This document shows, piece after piece, positions 11,016-19,499 of a stretch of 64,000 nt of DNA. Origin of the DNA: an archaeon. GTDB taxonomy: Archaea; Undinarchaeota; Undinarchaeia; Undinarchaeales; JBDRKL01. Numbering within the stretch: the first letter of the stretch is position 1; each line of letters opens with the position of its first letter. The notes under the pieces were generated by a model. That model was not told where the DNA came from. It searched no databases and was given only the letters and a program-made list of their open reading frames with translations. Made by a program: the position numbers and the translations under genes. Where the stretch lies: assembly GCA_043814055.1 (NCBI GenBank), contig JBDRKL010000010.1, positions 64,001 to 128,000 of the forward strand. The letters run 5' to 3'.

Positions 11016-11045
11016 TCAAACTACAACAACTGAAGAGTTGCTCAT
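11016..11045 (-). CDS. Putative valS leader peptide MSNSSVVVV
   Basis: Minus strand reads ATG AGC AAC TCT TCA GTT GTT GTA GTT TGA, ending 42 nt before the valS ATG. Confidence 0.7.
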   Translation of the reverse strand: MSNSSVVVV

Positions 11046-11067
11046 AAGGAGAGTATTGAGTGCTGGG

Positions 11068-11075
11068 TATAAAAA
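11068..11075 (-). promoter_or_regulatory. TATA box for the valS leader transcript
   Basis: TTTTTATA on the minus strand about 23 nt upstream of the leader ATG, consistent with a leaderless uORF. Confidence 0.55.
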
Positions 11076-11081
11076 GGTTAC

Positions 11082-11879
11082 TTAAAAACTCCCCAGCGTG
11101 CTCTGCGCAATCTCGTCCAAGCTTACGCGTTGCCCGTCCTTTGCCGCGATTGTCCTGACTCCAGTTTCATCCTGAATCTTGCTGGCTTCGTGCTCCGGTC
11201 CTGCCTCAAGACTCTTCATTCCGAAATGAGTTAGAACGCAGAGCTTCGGCCTGACTTCATTGAGTATGTTCACAACGTCCTCGCTGCACAAATGCCATTT
11301 TATCCTCTCATTACCTGATCTGAGCAGGCCGATTATCAAAATATCAATATCTTTATACTCTTCTGCAAGCCCTTCAAAATACTCTGTGTCGCTTGTGTAA
11401 GCAATCTTTTTCCCATCATATTCAAGCACAAAGCCGAACGTGCTCGGGTCCTTGTGCTGTGCTTTTGTTGCCCTGAACTTGACACTGCCGAGCTCATACT
11501 CATCACCTGGCTTAACCAGGTGCTTTTCTGCGAGATTCTCAGCGTGGAAACTGGATATGCAGGGCTCAATGTCCTCAACCCCGCTCAGGACGGACTCTGA
11601 AGCAAGAAGAACGCCGCGCTTTTTCGTGGCGCTGCTGGTCATTGCCTCAATCATCACGTTCATATCAGTGCAGTGGTCTGGGTGGCCGTGGGTTGTGATT
11701 AAATGCGTAACTTTGCTCGCCCACTCCTGACTCTGCCTGCACCGAACTAATGCGCCCGGCCCAGGGTCTGCGTGGATTACAGTATCACCCAAGTTGAAGC
11801 GGATGCCTCCTGTTGCGCGCTTTTGCGTAAGCATCACAAACCTGCCGCCGCCGGTGCCGAGGAATACTATGGTGTCCAT
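11082..11879 (-). CDS. Metallo-beta-lactamase-fold hydrolase
   Basis: 'FLGTGGG', 'DPGPG', HGHPDH (HxHxDH), 'YTSDT', 'THFG'. Confidence 0.9.
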   Translation of the reverse strand: MDTIVFLGTGGGRFVMLTQKRATGGIRFNLGDTVIHADPGPGALVRCRQSQEWASKVTHLITTHGHPDHCTDMNVMIEAMTSSATKKRGVLLASESVLSGVEDIEPCISSFHAENLAEKHLVKPGDEYELGSVKFRATKAQHKDPSTFGFVLEYDGKKIAYTSDTEYFEGLAEEYKDIDILIIGLLRSGNERIKWHLCSEDVVNILNEVRPKLCVLTHFGMKSLEAGPEHEASKIQDETGVRTIAAKDGQRVSLDEIAQSTLGSF

Positions 11880-11947
11880 TAGAGCTTTGAGTTGCTTTTT
11901 CGCATTAATAAAAGTAACTATAAATATTACGAGACCAACTATATACT

Positions 11948-13840
11948 ATGGGCTTTTTCAGCAAGAAGAAAACGTGCTTGAACTGCGGAGCAAAATATTC
12001 TGAAGACGAGTTTTATTGCCCTAAGTGCGGCAATGCCAATTTGCAAGGGAGCAAGCGCAAGAAGCTGAAACCTAGGGTTCATAAACTAACTGGAAAGTCA
12101 ATGCCTAAAGACACTAGGCTAAGTCCAGTACCTCCAAAAAGGCCGAAAGGCCAGCACGGCAAGAAGCCTACAAAGCCAAAAAAGACTCTGGTAGAACCTA
12201 TACCTCCTGCAGTTGCAAAGATGGGGCCTTACGACACTACTGGTATGGGCAAGGAAGAATATTTGGATTCTCTTGACACGATACTAAGGGATGAGTACAA
12301 ATTCCCAGATTCTGATGTATCCAAAATTGTAACTATTCTAGATGAGGAGATAAAAGCGGGCCGTTCAAACCGGACTGCTGCGGAAAAGCTGAGTGAAATA
12401 GTTCCAAAGAAGCAGGCTAAAGCGGTCAGGGAAACAATGGGCAAGCTTCCTCCGATTGCGAACATAGGCAAACCTCCTGAAGAGAATCCTCTTTTTATTG
12501 AAGCCCAGAAAGCGTTTGACAAAGGTGATTTCGGCGAGGTTATTACCCTAATTAACCAACTTGCTGAGAAAGGGCATTTTAGTGGAACTATTGAAGCCTT
12601 GCGGTTAAGGGCTGAAGCTCGTTTGCGATTAAAAGCTATACATCTATCCGACCTTCCGCCTAAGGAGAAAAAGCAAAATTTTGCAGCTGAAATTGAATCC
12701 GTTGACTCGGCGATTCAAGAGCTTGAGTTTGCGCTTGAGGGTGAGAGAGGGATGACAGAGCTTGAGGCTGAGTTGGAAGCTGAACTTGACTCTCTGGAAG
12801 ATGAGCTTGAAGCTAGCCTTGAGGATGAGCTGGAAGCGGAGCTTGAAGATAGCTCTAAACAACAAAATGTTTTCAGACTGATGGTTAGGAAAATACCTAA
12901 TCCTGAGTTTTTCTTCAAGATTTACAAAGGCAAACCGCACGATGCTGATGTCGCAGTACTGCGTCCAATTACAATGAAGCGCCATGGCATAGAATTCGGC
13001 GACACGTTAAAGCTTGCAATTTATAAGAGCAAACAGTCTAAATCAGGGGGGACTCCTCTCTCGCAATTAAAGGCAAAGAGCTTCAAGGTTGTCGGGAAGA
13101 AATACTTAGATGAAATGAAAAAAGTTCGTGATACTGCGGTTGACCAAACGCTGGGTCGCGAGAGCATTTACTTGTTGCCTAGCAGGCTCAGGCAAGATGG
13201 CTTTGTTGAGGGCAAGTTTGTTAATGTTAAATTGGTTAAAGGGGGTATGCGGGCACAGTCTCCGTGGAAAAACCGTGGAAAATTAGACCGCTTATTTAGT
13301 AAAGAAATGCCACCTAGTGGAAATCCTAGCTTAGATGCAATTTTTAAAAAAATTAGTTCATATCGCTCATATTCCAATGGCGGGTATAAGCTAAAATTAG
13401 CTCTTAAAGAAGCTAATACCGCTTTACAACATTATCCAATGCATAGGGAGCGGATATTAGCTCAGCGATCTATACTGTATCATAAAATGGAGAATTACAC
13501 TAAGGCTCTTAAGGATTATAATGAGTTATTGTCTATTGATCCTAATTGTCCAGCGTATATGGTGAACCGCGGACTTTTGTATCGAAATATAGGGGAGTAT
13601 CACCTTGCACTAGATGACCTTAACCGAGCATTAGAACTTTTTAAAAAGAAGGGTGAAATGCGTTGTGCAAGTCAGGTTGAACATGAACTTTTTACCTTGT
13701 TAGTGAATGAGGGTGCACACTGCTCCACATGTTCGGAGCTTCTTGACCCCTCTAAATTAACTAAATTAAAAGCCGGCGAAAAAGCTGAGGTAATATGCAA
13801 AAAATGTGGTGCTAAAAACTGGATAGAAATGTTTAACTAA
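11948..13840 (+). CDS. Zinc-ribbon / TPR multidomain protein
   Basis: CxxC...CxxC at both termini; TPR repeats ('ALKDYNELLSIDP', 'AYMVNRGLLY'); acidic coiled repeat. Confidence 0.75.
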   Translation: MGFFSKKKTCLNCGAKYSEDEFYCPKCGNANLQGSKRKKLKPRVHKLTGKSMPKDTRLSPVPPKRPKGQHGKKPTKPKKTLVEPIPPAVAKMGPYDTTGMGKEEYLDSLDTILRDEYKFPDSDVSKIVTILDEEIKAGRSNRTAAEKLSEIVPKKQAKAVRETMGKLPPIANIGKPPEENPLFIEAQKAFDKGDFGEVITLINQLAEKGHFSGTIEALRLRAEARLRLKAIHLSDLPPKEKKQNFAAEIESVDSAIQELEFALEGERGMTELEAELEAELDSLEDELEASLEDELEAELEDSSKQQNVFRLMVRKIPNPEFFFKIYKGKPHDADVAVLRPITMKRHGIEFGDTLKLAIYKSKQSKSGGTPLSQLKAKSFKVVGKKYLDEMKKVRDTAVDQTLGRESIYLLPSRLRQDGFVEGKFVNVKLVKGGMRAQSPWKNRGKLDRLFSKEMPPSGNPSLDAIFKKISSYRSYSNGGYKLKLALKEANTALQHYPMHRERILAQRSILYHKMENYTKALKDYNELLSIDPNCPAYMVNRGLLYRNIGEYHLALDDLNRALELFKKKGEMRCASQVEHELFTLLVNEGAHCSTCSELLDPSKLTKLKAGEKAEVICKKCGAKNWIEMFN

Positions 13841-13895
13841 GTTATACAGCTAGACGTGTTAATCTACTACATTCACTATTTATTTTCTCTAAAAC

Positions 13896-13931
13896 GGGCC
13901 CGTTGCCTAGCTTGATACGCGTGTCTTCGCA
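13896..13931 (+). pseudogene. Degenerate copy of the tRNA-Ala(CGC) 5' exon
   Basis: GGGCCCGTTGCCTAGCTTGATACGCGTGTCTTCGCA aligns with GGGCCCGTAGCTCAGTCTGGTAGATCGCATCCTTCGCA at 14684. Confidence 0.5.
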
Positions 13932-13999
13932 CCTGATACAACTGACTCTCTAATAAAGATATTTAAGCAACCTGCTCTTAATTTTTCTGAGGTGATTTT

Positions 14000-14506
14000 A
14001 TGAATCTTGGTTTTATGAAAGGTAAGCTGGATGTTTCGCTTGAAAACGTCAACTTCTCACCCGGCGATACCATAGCAGGGACTGTAAAGCTTGAGCTTAA
14101 AAAGCCGGTCAAGGCAAGAAAGCTTGTTGTTGCATTTATCGGCGAAAAGACCGTGAGCCAGGCGTCTGTCTCCATAGGGATGGGGAGTTCACGCCACAAG
14201 CCCCAGAACAGGAAGATTTGCATACACAAGTTTGAGATGACGCTGGACGGCGAGAAAGACTACACAATGGGCGAATACCCGTTTCAGATTGCCGTGCCGA
14301 GCGACTTGCTCAGCAGGAACCCGCAGGTGGAAGGCGCGCTCGGCTCAGTAGTGAAAGCCGTGCAGGTGCTTGGCGGCGGCTATTCAAGGGTGAATTGGTT
14401 CGTAACCGCATACCTTGACGTGCCCTTTGGCGTTAATGTCAGCAAGACTGTGCAGGTGAACATAAGCGAGGGCGCAGTCCAGGGCGGAAGTGTCATAAAG
14501 GGCTAG
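14000..14506 (+). CDS. Arrestin-N / SpoOM-like beta-sandwich protein
   Basis: 'FSPGDTIAGTVKL', 'GEYPFQIAVP', 'WFVTAYLDVP' pattern. Confidence 0.6.
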   Translation: MNLGFMKGKLDVSLENVNFSPGDTIAGTVKLELKKPVKARKLVVAFIGEKTVSQASVSIGMGSSRHKPQNRKICIHKFEMTLDGEKDYTMGEYPFQIAVPSDLLSRNPQVEGALGSVVKAVQVLGGGYSRVNWFVTAYLDVPFGVNVSKTVQVNISEGAVQGGSVIKG

Positions 14507-14529
14507 TCTTTATTGTGTTTCGTTAAAGT

Positions 14530-14660
14530 GGGCCCGTGGAGCTCTCCGCCTGGCCGCGGAGGATGGCCAGGCCGCATCACTCAACACACGTGAAACGTGT
14601 GTGCATGAATCACCGCTTTGCGGTGATCCATGTTTGTGATGCTGCGGCCTTACCGGGCTC
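14530..14660. other. Highly structured non-coding element (ncRNA or composite palindromic repeat)
   Basis: GGGCCCG/CGGGCTC closing stem, GGCCGCATCAC/GTGATGCTGCGGCC stem, three internal hairpins. Confidence 0.55.
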
Positions 14661-14683
14661 GTTAGCTGGAAGCCAAATAAAGT

Positions 14684-14836
14684 GGGCCCGTAGCTCAGTC
14701 TGGTAGATCGCATCCTTCGCAAGTCAGAACCTAACGGTTCCGACACCTCCCTTGCGGCTTCGCTGCTAAGAGGTAAACGTTCGCAGGAATGTTTCGAAAC
14801 AGGATGAGGCCTCGAGTTCAAATCTCGACGGGTCCA
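14684..14836 (+). tRNA. tRNA-Ala(CGC) with 79-nt intron at 37/38 (14722-14800)
   Basis: Acceptor GGGCCCG/CGGGTCC; anticodon stem CATCC/GGATG; TTCAAAT T-loop; TTCG/CGAA central helix with ACA bulge. Confidence 0.9.
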
Positions 14837-14886
14837 TTCTTTTCCAAATCCAAACTATTTTATAATCTCTTAACTTATCTAAATCT

Positions 14887-16728
14887 ATGAGGAGATGGCT
14901 TGTACTTATCATATTACTTGCATTAATGCCCCTAGCCCAGGCTCAAGAAATCGGCACAGCAGAAATCAGCGTCCCGGCAGTAAGTATAAACGGCACAGGG
15001 GTTATGACTTCTTTGGAAGTTGAGATAATCGAAGGCAAAGGCCGGGTTCTTCTGAGTGCCGAACCCTTGACAGGCCTGCAGACCCAGAACTCTGAGAGAA
15101 TTGCAACCGCAATTGCAGAGGAAAAAACTAATGTTGATTTTTCAAAAGTTGATGTAATTTACATGTTTTTTATTCAGGATGCAAACGCGATTGAAGGTCC
15201 GAGCGCGGGCGCTGCGATGACTGTGGCGACCATTGCCGCTGCTGAGAACAAGGAAGTGCGGAAGGACGCGAGCATCACTGGCACAATTCAGAGCGACGGC
15301 ACAATCGGCGAGGTCGGCGGAGTGATTGAGAAAGCACAAGCTGCGGCAGAAGCCGGGCACAATTACTTCCTGATTCCATACGGCACCGAGCTCCAGCCGT
15401 ACTTTGTTGAAAAAGTTGAGCACCCAGCACCTGGTTGGACAACAACAAGCATTGAGATTGAATACCGCAATATTACAAAGTACGCAGCAGAGGAGTGGGG
15501 CTTGACCATAATCCAAGTGCAGGACATAGATGATGCAGTTGAGATAATGCTTGAGGGCAAGAACTACACAACTGCTAAATTGCCAAAACTTGAAGATGCT
15601 TTAAGCGAATTTTTAACAGTTTCAATTTCTGAAGAGCTTGAGCCAATGAAACAACTCGCTGCGGATTCGCTGGATAAAGCTGCTGTTGATTTGAACGAAG
15701 CGAATGAAGTTTTTGCAGAATATAATGTTAACCCTGACCTGCAGGAAATGCTCGCAATAATACTAGGCAACGCAGAGGATGAACTTGCCCTTGGCAAAAA
15801 AGCCCTTATGAAAGGTCATCTCTACGGCGCGGCTAACCACGGTTTCAGGGCAAGTGTTGACGCAAAATTTGTCCGGGACTCCATTCTCTATAGGGCAAAG
15901 GGCGAAAGCGAGCGAACTAAATTTCTGGGCGAACGAATAAGTGAGGTTGATGGACTGCTCACTTCAACCCAGGACAAATTCTCTGATGCGGAAAAGCTAT
16001 TGAGCGACACAGGCGCGTTTGAATGGGCTCTTGGCGCTGAAGAGCGGCTGGCACAGGCAGAGGAAGAGCTTTCTGAGAAAGCGAACGAGAGCAGCGAGAT
16101 ATTATATTCGCTTGAAATTGCTGAGGCTTGGATTCTAATTGCAGATGATTTCTATGACATTGCACAAGACCAGACGAGCGGCGAGCACAAGGACCTTGGT
16201 GTTTTTGAAAATTTGAGTATTGAGAAAATGCAGAAGCTCAATGCGGAACTTGGGCAATTTCCCAGCGAAGGCGCCTATGGGCCTGAGTGGCGGTACAGCG
16301 TTGCTGTGCGGATGTATGAGAAGGGCTGGTACACTGCGTCATACGTAACTGCAAGTTCTGCGATAAACCGGCTTGAAACCTCAAGAGAATTCAATTTTAG
16401 GTCAAAGGAAGGCATTGTTAATTATGTTGAGCGCGAGATTGGTTCTGTTGAAAAAACTTCAATCTGGGGTTCAATGTACCTTGATTATGCTGAGCTTCTT
16501 ACTTATTACGCAAAGGAAGACCAGAGCTTGGTCCAACTGAACAATGCGCTGATTTACGCGCGGAGCGCGGAAGTTTATAATGAAGCAAGTGTTATCGCAA
16601 GCGAAGCTCCGGATAAGTTTGTTGCGGATAATAATGATTTTGAACTGGTTGTGGTAGTTATCAGTCTGTTTGTAGTTGCATTTGCGCTTAGATTAAGGCG
16701 TTCAAAAAGAAATTTTAAAAGAAATTAG
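14887..16728 (+). CDS. Archaeal membrane-anchored S16 (Lon-like) serine protease
   Basis: Signal peptide; 'EGPSAGAA' Ser and 'GGVIEK' Lys dyad; C-terminal TM helix; no AAA domain. Confidence 0.85.
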   Translation: MRRWLVLIILLALMPLAQAQEIGTAEISVPAVSINGTGVMTSLEVEIIEGKGRVLLSAEPLTGLQTQNSERIATAIAEEKTNVDFSKVDVIYMFFIQDANAIEGPSAGAAMTVATIAAAENKEVRKDASITGTIQSDGTIGEVGGVIEKAQAAAEAGHNYFLIPYGTELQPYFVEKVEHPAPGWTTTSIEIEYRNITKYAAEEWGLTIIQVQDIDDAVEIMLEGKNYTTAKLPKLEDALSEFLTVSISEELEPMKQLAADSLDKAAVDLNEANEVFAEYNVNPDLQEMLAIILGNAEDELALGKKALMKGHLYGAANHGFRASVDAKFVRDSILYRAKGESERTKFLGERISEVDGLLTSTQDKFSDAEKLLSDTGAFEWALGAEERLAQAEEELSEKANESSEILYSLEIAEAWILIADDFYDIAQDQTSGEHKDLGVFENLSIEKMQKLNAELGQFPSEGAYGPEWRYSVAVRMYEKGWYTASYVTASSAINRLETSREFNFRSKEGIVNYVEREIGSVEKTSIWGSMYLDYAELLTYYAKEDQSLVQLNNALIYARSAEVYNEASVIASEAPDKFVADNNDFELVVVVISLFVVAFALRLRRSKRNFKRN

Positions 16729-16729
16729 A

Positions 16730-16756
16730 AAAGGACGGCTCCTTGAGCCGCCCTTT
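16730..16756. terminator. Hairpin between convergent genes
   Basis: AAAGGaCGGCTC-ctt-GAGCCGcCCTTT with T-rich flanks. Confidence 0.5.
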
Positions 16757-16765
16757 GAGTTTTTA

Positions 16766-17926
16766 TTAAATTCCAGCGTCTTTCTTGAGCGCTTCTGCCT
16801 TGTCAGTCTTTTCCCAGGTAAAGTCCGGGTCTTCGCGACCGAAGTGGCCGTAAGATGCAGTCTTCCTGTAGATTGGCCTGAGCAGGTCAAGTGTCTCTAT
16901 GATGCCTGCCGGGTTCAGCTTAAAGTGCTTTCTGACAAGCTCAACGATTTTCTCATCGTCTATCTTGCCCGTGCCCTTGGTGTCTATGTGCACCGAGACA
17001 GGCTCAGCAATGCCGATTGCGTACGCAAGCTGAAGTTCGCACTTATCCGCAAGCCCTGCTGCCACGATGTTCTTTGCAACGTATCTTGCCATGTAAGCTG
17101 CACTGCGATCCACTTTTGTCGGGCACTTTCCTGAGAAAGCTCCGCCGCCGTGTGCGCCCATTCCACCATAAGTGTCCACAATAATCTTGCGGCCAGTCAA
17201 TCCAGAGTCTGCAGGCGGTCCGCCTATAACGAATCTTCCTGTTGGGTTCACGTGAATGACTGTGTCATCGTTAATATAGTCGCCGCAAACCGGCTTGATG
17301 ACTTTTTCCGTGATTGTCTCGCGGATTTCGTCAAGCTCAACTGTGTCAGCGTGCTGGGTTGAAATAACAACAGTTGTAACGTGCGTTGGCTTGCCGTTCT
17401 CGTACTCAACTGAGACCTGGGACTTGCCGTCTGTGCGAATCCAGGGGATTTCCTTGTTCTTCCGCACTTCAGCGAGCTTCATTGTGAGCTTGTGCGCCAA
17501 GCTGATTGGAAGCGGCATAAGCTCAGGAGTTTCATTGCATGCGTAGCCGAACATCATTCCCTGGTCGCCTGCGCCCTGCTCCTTGTGCAGACCCTTGTCT
17601 GCCTCAACGCCCTGTGCTATGTCCGGGCTCTGCTCGTGCAAAGACACGAGAACCGAGCACTGGTCATAGTCAAAGCCAACATCCGGCGAGTCATATCCAG
17701 CTTCAAATATTACCTTGCGCGCGGTCTTTTGCACGTCAACGTAGCCGGTTGTCTTAACCTCGCCTGCTACAAGAACCAAGCCTGTGGTGGCCAAGGTCTC
17801 AACTGCAACGTGCGAGTTCTTGTCCTGCCTAAGCAGTTCGTCTACTATCGCGTCTGAAATCTGGTCGCAGAGCTTGTCCGGGTGACCCTCTGTGACTGAT
17901 TCTGACGTAAATATTGTTTTTGCCAT
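16766..17926 (-). CDS. metK: S-adenosylmethionine synthetase, bacterial/eukaryotic type
   Basis: '[13 protein letters not shown]', 'GAGDQG', 'GGGAFSGK'. Confidence 0.97.
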   Translation of the reverse strand: MAKTIFTSESVTEGHPDKLCDQISDAIVDELLRQDKNSHVAVETLATTGLVLVAGEVKTTGYVDVQKTARKVIFEAGYDSPDVGFDYDQCSVLVSLHEQSPDIAQGVEADKGLHKEQGAGDQGMMFGYACNETPELMPLPISLAHKLTMKLAEVRKNKEIPWIRTDGKSQVSVEYENGKPTHVTTVVISTQHADTVELDEIRETITEKVIKPVCGDYINDDTVIHVNPTGRFVIGGPPADSGLTGRKIIVDTYGGMGAHGGGAFSGKCPTKVDRSAAYMARYVAKNIVAAGLADKCELQLAYAIGIAEPVSVHIDTKGTGKIDDEKIVELVRKHFKLNPAGIIETLDLLRPIYRKTASYGHFGREDPDFTWEKTDKAEALKKDAGI

Positions 17927-18002
17927 ATTGTATCACCTTCTTTACGAGGAGAACGACCGGAAGGTATAAATAATTTATGGATTATAATATTCTGATTGGA
18001 AT

Positions 18003-18644
18003 ATGGATGCACAAAAAAGAAACAACATAATGATAGCCTTTGGCGGGGTATTTATGATGCTAGGAGCTGCATTGTTCACCCCGTCGCCGCTCAAGATATT
18101 TGCAGTGGTTTTTTTTCTCTTGGGTACAATTACCATAGTTGCGCGTATACTTACTGAAAATTATGGTGAAATAAGTCCTGACCAAGCATTCATTAAAGAG
18201 CCGTCTGAAAAAACAGCAGGTTACTTTCTTGGCATAGGCATAATAAGCATATTGGGAATCCTCTTGATGATTTCCATGATACTCGGCAACCGCATAGAAC
18301 TCCAAGCGAATGGGACCTTTTCATACCCTTATGCGAGTATAGTAAAACCATTATTTTATACATCATTCCCTCTTTTTGTCATTAGTATTATCGTATTTGC
18401 AATCTCTCAAAGAAGGCGAATAGTTGGGCACGGATTTCTGCTACACCTCCCATTTTTGGGACCGTGGGGTGAGAAAACAGGAAGGTTTCTGTTCAGGGTA
18501 TACGGCCTGATAAGCGTAATAGCCGGGTCTGCTGCAATTGCACTAGCAGCCCTGCAAAAACTCCCAGTTACTAGTTATCCACTCGGGGGCATTATGGTAC
18601 TGTTCGGCTTGGCATTATTTTTGTATGGGGGGTACAAAGAATAA
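18003..18644 (+). CDS. Hypothetical membrane protein
   Basis: About 6 hydrophobic helices. Confidence 0.6.
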   Translation: MDAQKRNNIMIAFGGVFMMLGAALFTPSPLKIFAVVFFLLGTITIVARILTENYGEISPDQAFIKEPSEKTAGYFLGIGIISILGILLMISMILGNRIELQANGTFSYPYASIVKPLFYTSFPLFVISIIVFAISQRRRIVGHGFLLHLPFLGPWGEKTGRFLFRVYGLISVIAGSAAIALAALQKLPVTSYPLGGIMVLFGLALFLYGGYKE

Positions 18645-18646
18645 AA

Positions 18647-19183
18647 ATGTTGCTTGAAAACATTCAAAAGCGCAGAAAAGCCATAGGGCTCACCCAGAGC
18701 GAACTCTCACGGCTGAGTGGAGTTTCCCAGAGCACCATAGCGAAAATAGAGAGCAACAAAATCAGCCCGAGTTATCAAATTGCAAAGGCCATCTTTGATG
18801 CGCTGGACGCGCAGGAGCACGAGACATCTGCAAAGGCCGCGGACATAATGACGCGGAAGGTTATCACAATAGACTCAAATGACACTGTTCAAACCGCTGG
18901 AAAAATAATGAGGGAAAAAGGTATATCTCAGCTTCCTGTGTTTGAGAAAGACCATTTAGTTGGGATTATTTCCGAGCGGATTATAGTTGAAAACTTTGAC
19001 AAGCCCAGCTTGAAGCAGAAGCGAATCAGCGAAATAATGAGCGAGGCGCCGCCCACGATTGCGGAGAACGCCCCAATCAAGCTGGTCTCAGAGCTGTTAA
19101 AATATAGTTCACTCATTGCGGTTTACCACAAATCTGAGTTCAAAGGCATAATAACCAAGTCGGATTTGCTTGGAGTGATATAA
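18647..19183 (+). CDS. XRE-HTH + CBS-domain transcriptional regulator
   Basis: 'GLTQSELSRLSGVSQSTIAKIE' plus a CBS pair. Confidence 0.9.
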   Translation: MLLENIQKRRKAIGLTQSELSRLSGVSQSTIAKIESNKISPSYQIAKAIFDALDAQEHETSAKAADIMTRKVITIDSNDTVQTAGKIMREKGISQLPVFEKDHLVGIISERIIVENFDKPSLKQKRISEIMSEAPPTIAENAPIKLVSELLKYSSLIAVYHKSEFKGIITKSDLLGVI

Positions 19184-19363
19184 GAAATCTTTTTATAAGT
19201 GAGAGATGATTAAGAGACGATAAAGTTTGACCAAAGGCAATCAAATTGCTCAGTAGTGCTGCAGCATAACCAATTTGATGCAGCACCTCAAGACACATGC
19301 GAAGCATGTGTTTGCCTCACGCGCTTTGCGCGTGAAGTTTGATCAAACTTTTCATAAAAGTTT

Positions 19364-19440
19364 GGGCCCGTAGCTTAGTCTGGTGGAGCGTTCGACTGAT
19401 AATCGAGAGGTCCTGTGTTCGAATCACAGCGGGCCCACCA
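19364..19440 (+). tRNA. tRNA-Ile(GAT), CCA encoded
   Basis: Full cloverleaf; TTCGA-CT GAT AA-TCGAG anticodon arm. Confidence 0.97.
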
Positions 19441-19499
19441 CAACCTTTTTCCGGCTTTCGGCCGCAAAAAGCTTGACCAAAAAGTCTCGCTTCGCTCGT
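19441..19499 (+). repeat. tRNA-associated ~60-bp palindromic repeat, copy 1
   Basis: CAACCTTTTTCCGGCT..GCCGCAAAAAGCTTGACCAAAAA..TCTCGCTTCGCTCGT; near-identical at 39927-39984(-) and 53289-53345(+). Confidence 0.85.

Noticed and set aside
12740-12850. Nucleotide repeat in the TPR gene
   Set aside because: Explained by low-complexity ELEAELE coding sequence
14530-14660. 5S rRNA, SRP RNA, RNase P RNA or a second tRNA
   Set aside because: Lacks the CCGAAC 5S motif, SRP helix 8, RNase P P4 sequences and a T-loop on either strand
14510-14821. 103-aa minus-strand ORF; likewise ORFs 19415-19840, 40756-40962 and 53029-53748
   Set aside because: They overlap tRNA genes or repeats and show no protein-like motifs
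17927-18002. SAM riboswitch or Met leader peptide upstream of metK (and metG, 24988-25091)
   Set aside because: Short AT-rich divergent promoter regions with no fold or Met-rich uORF
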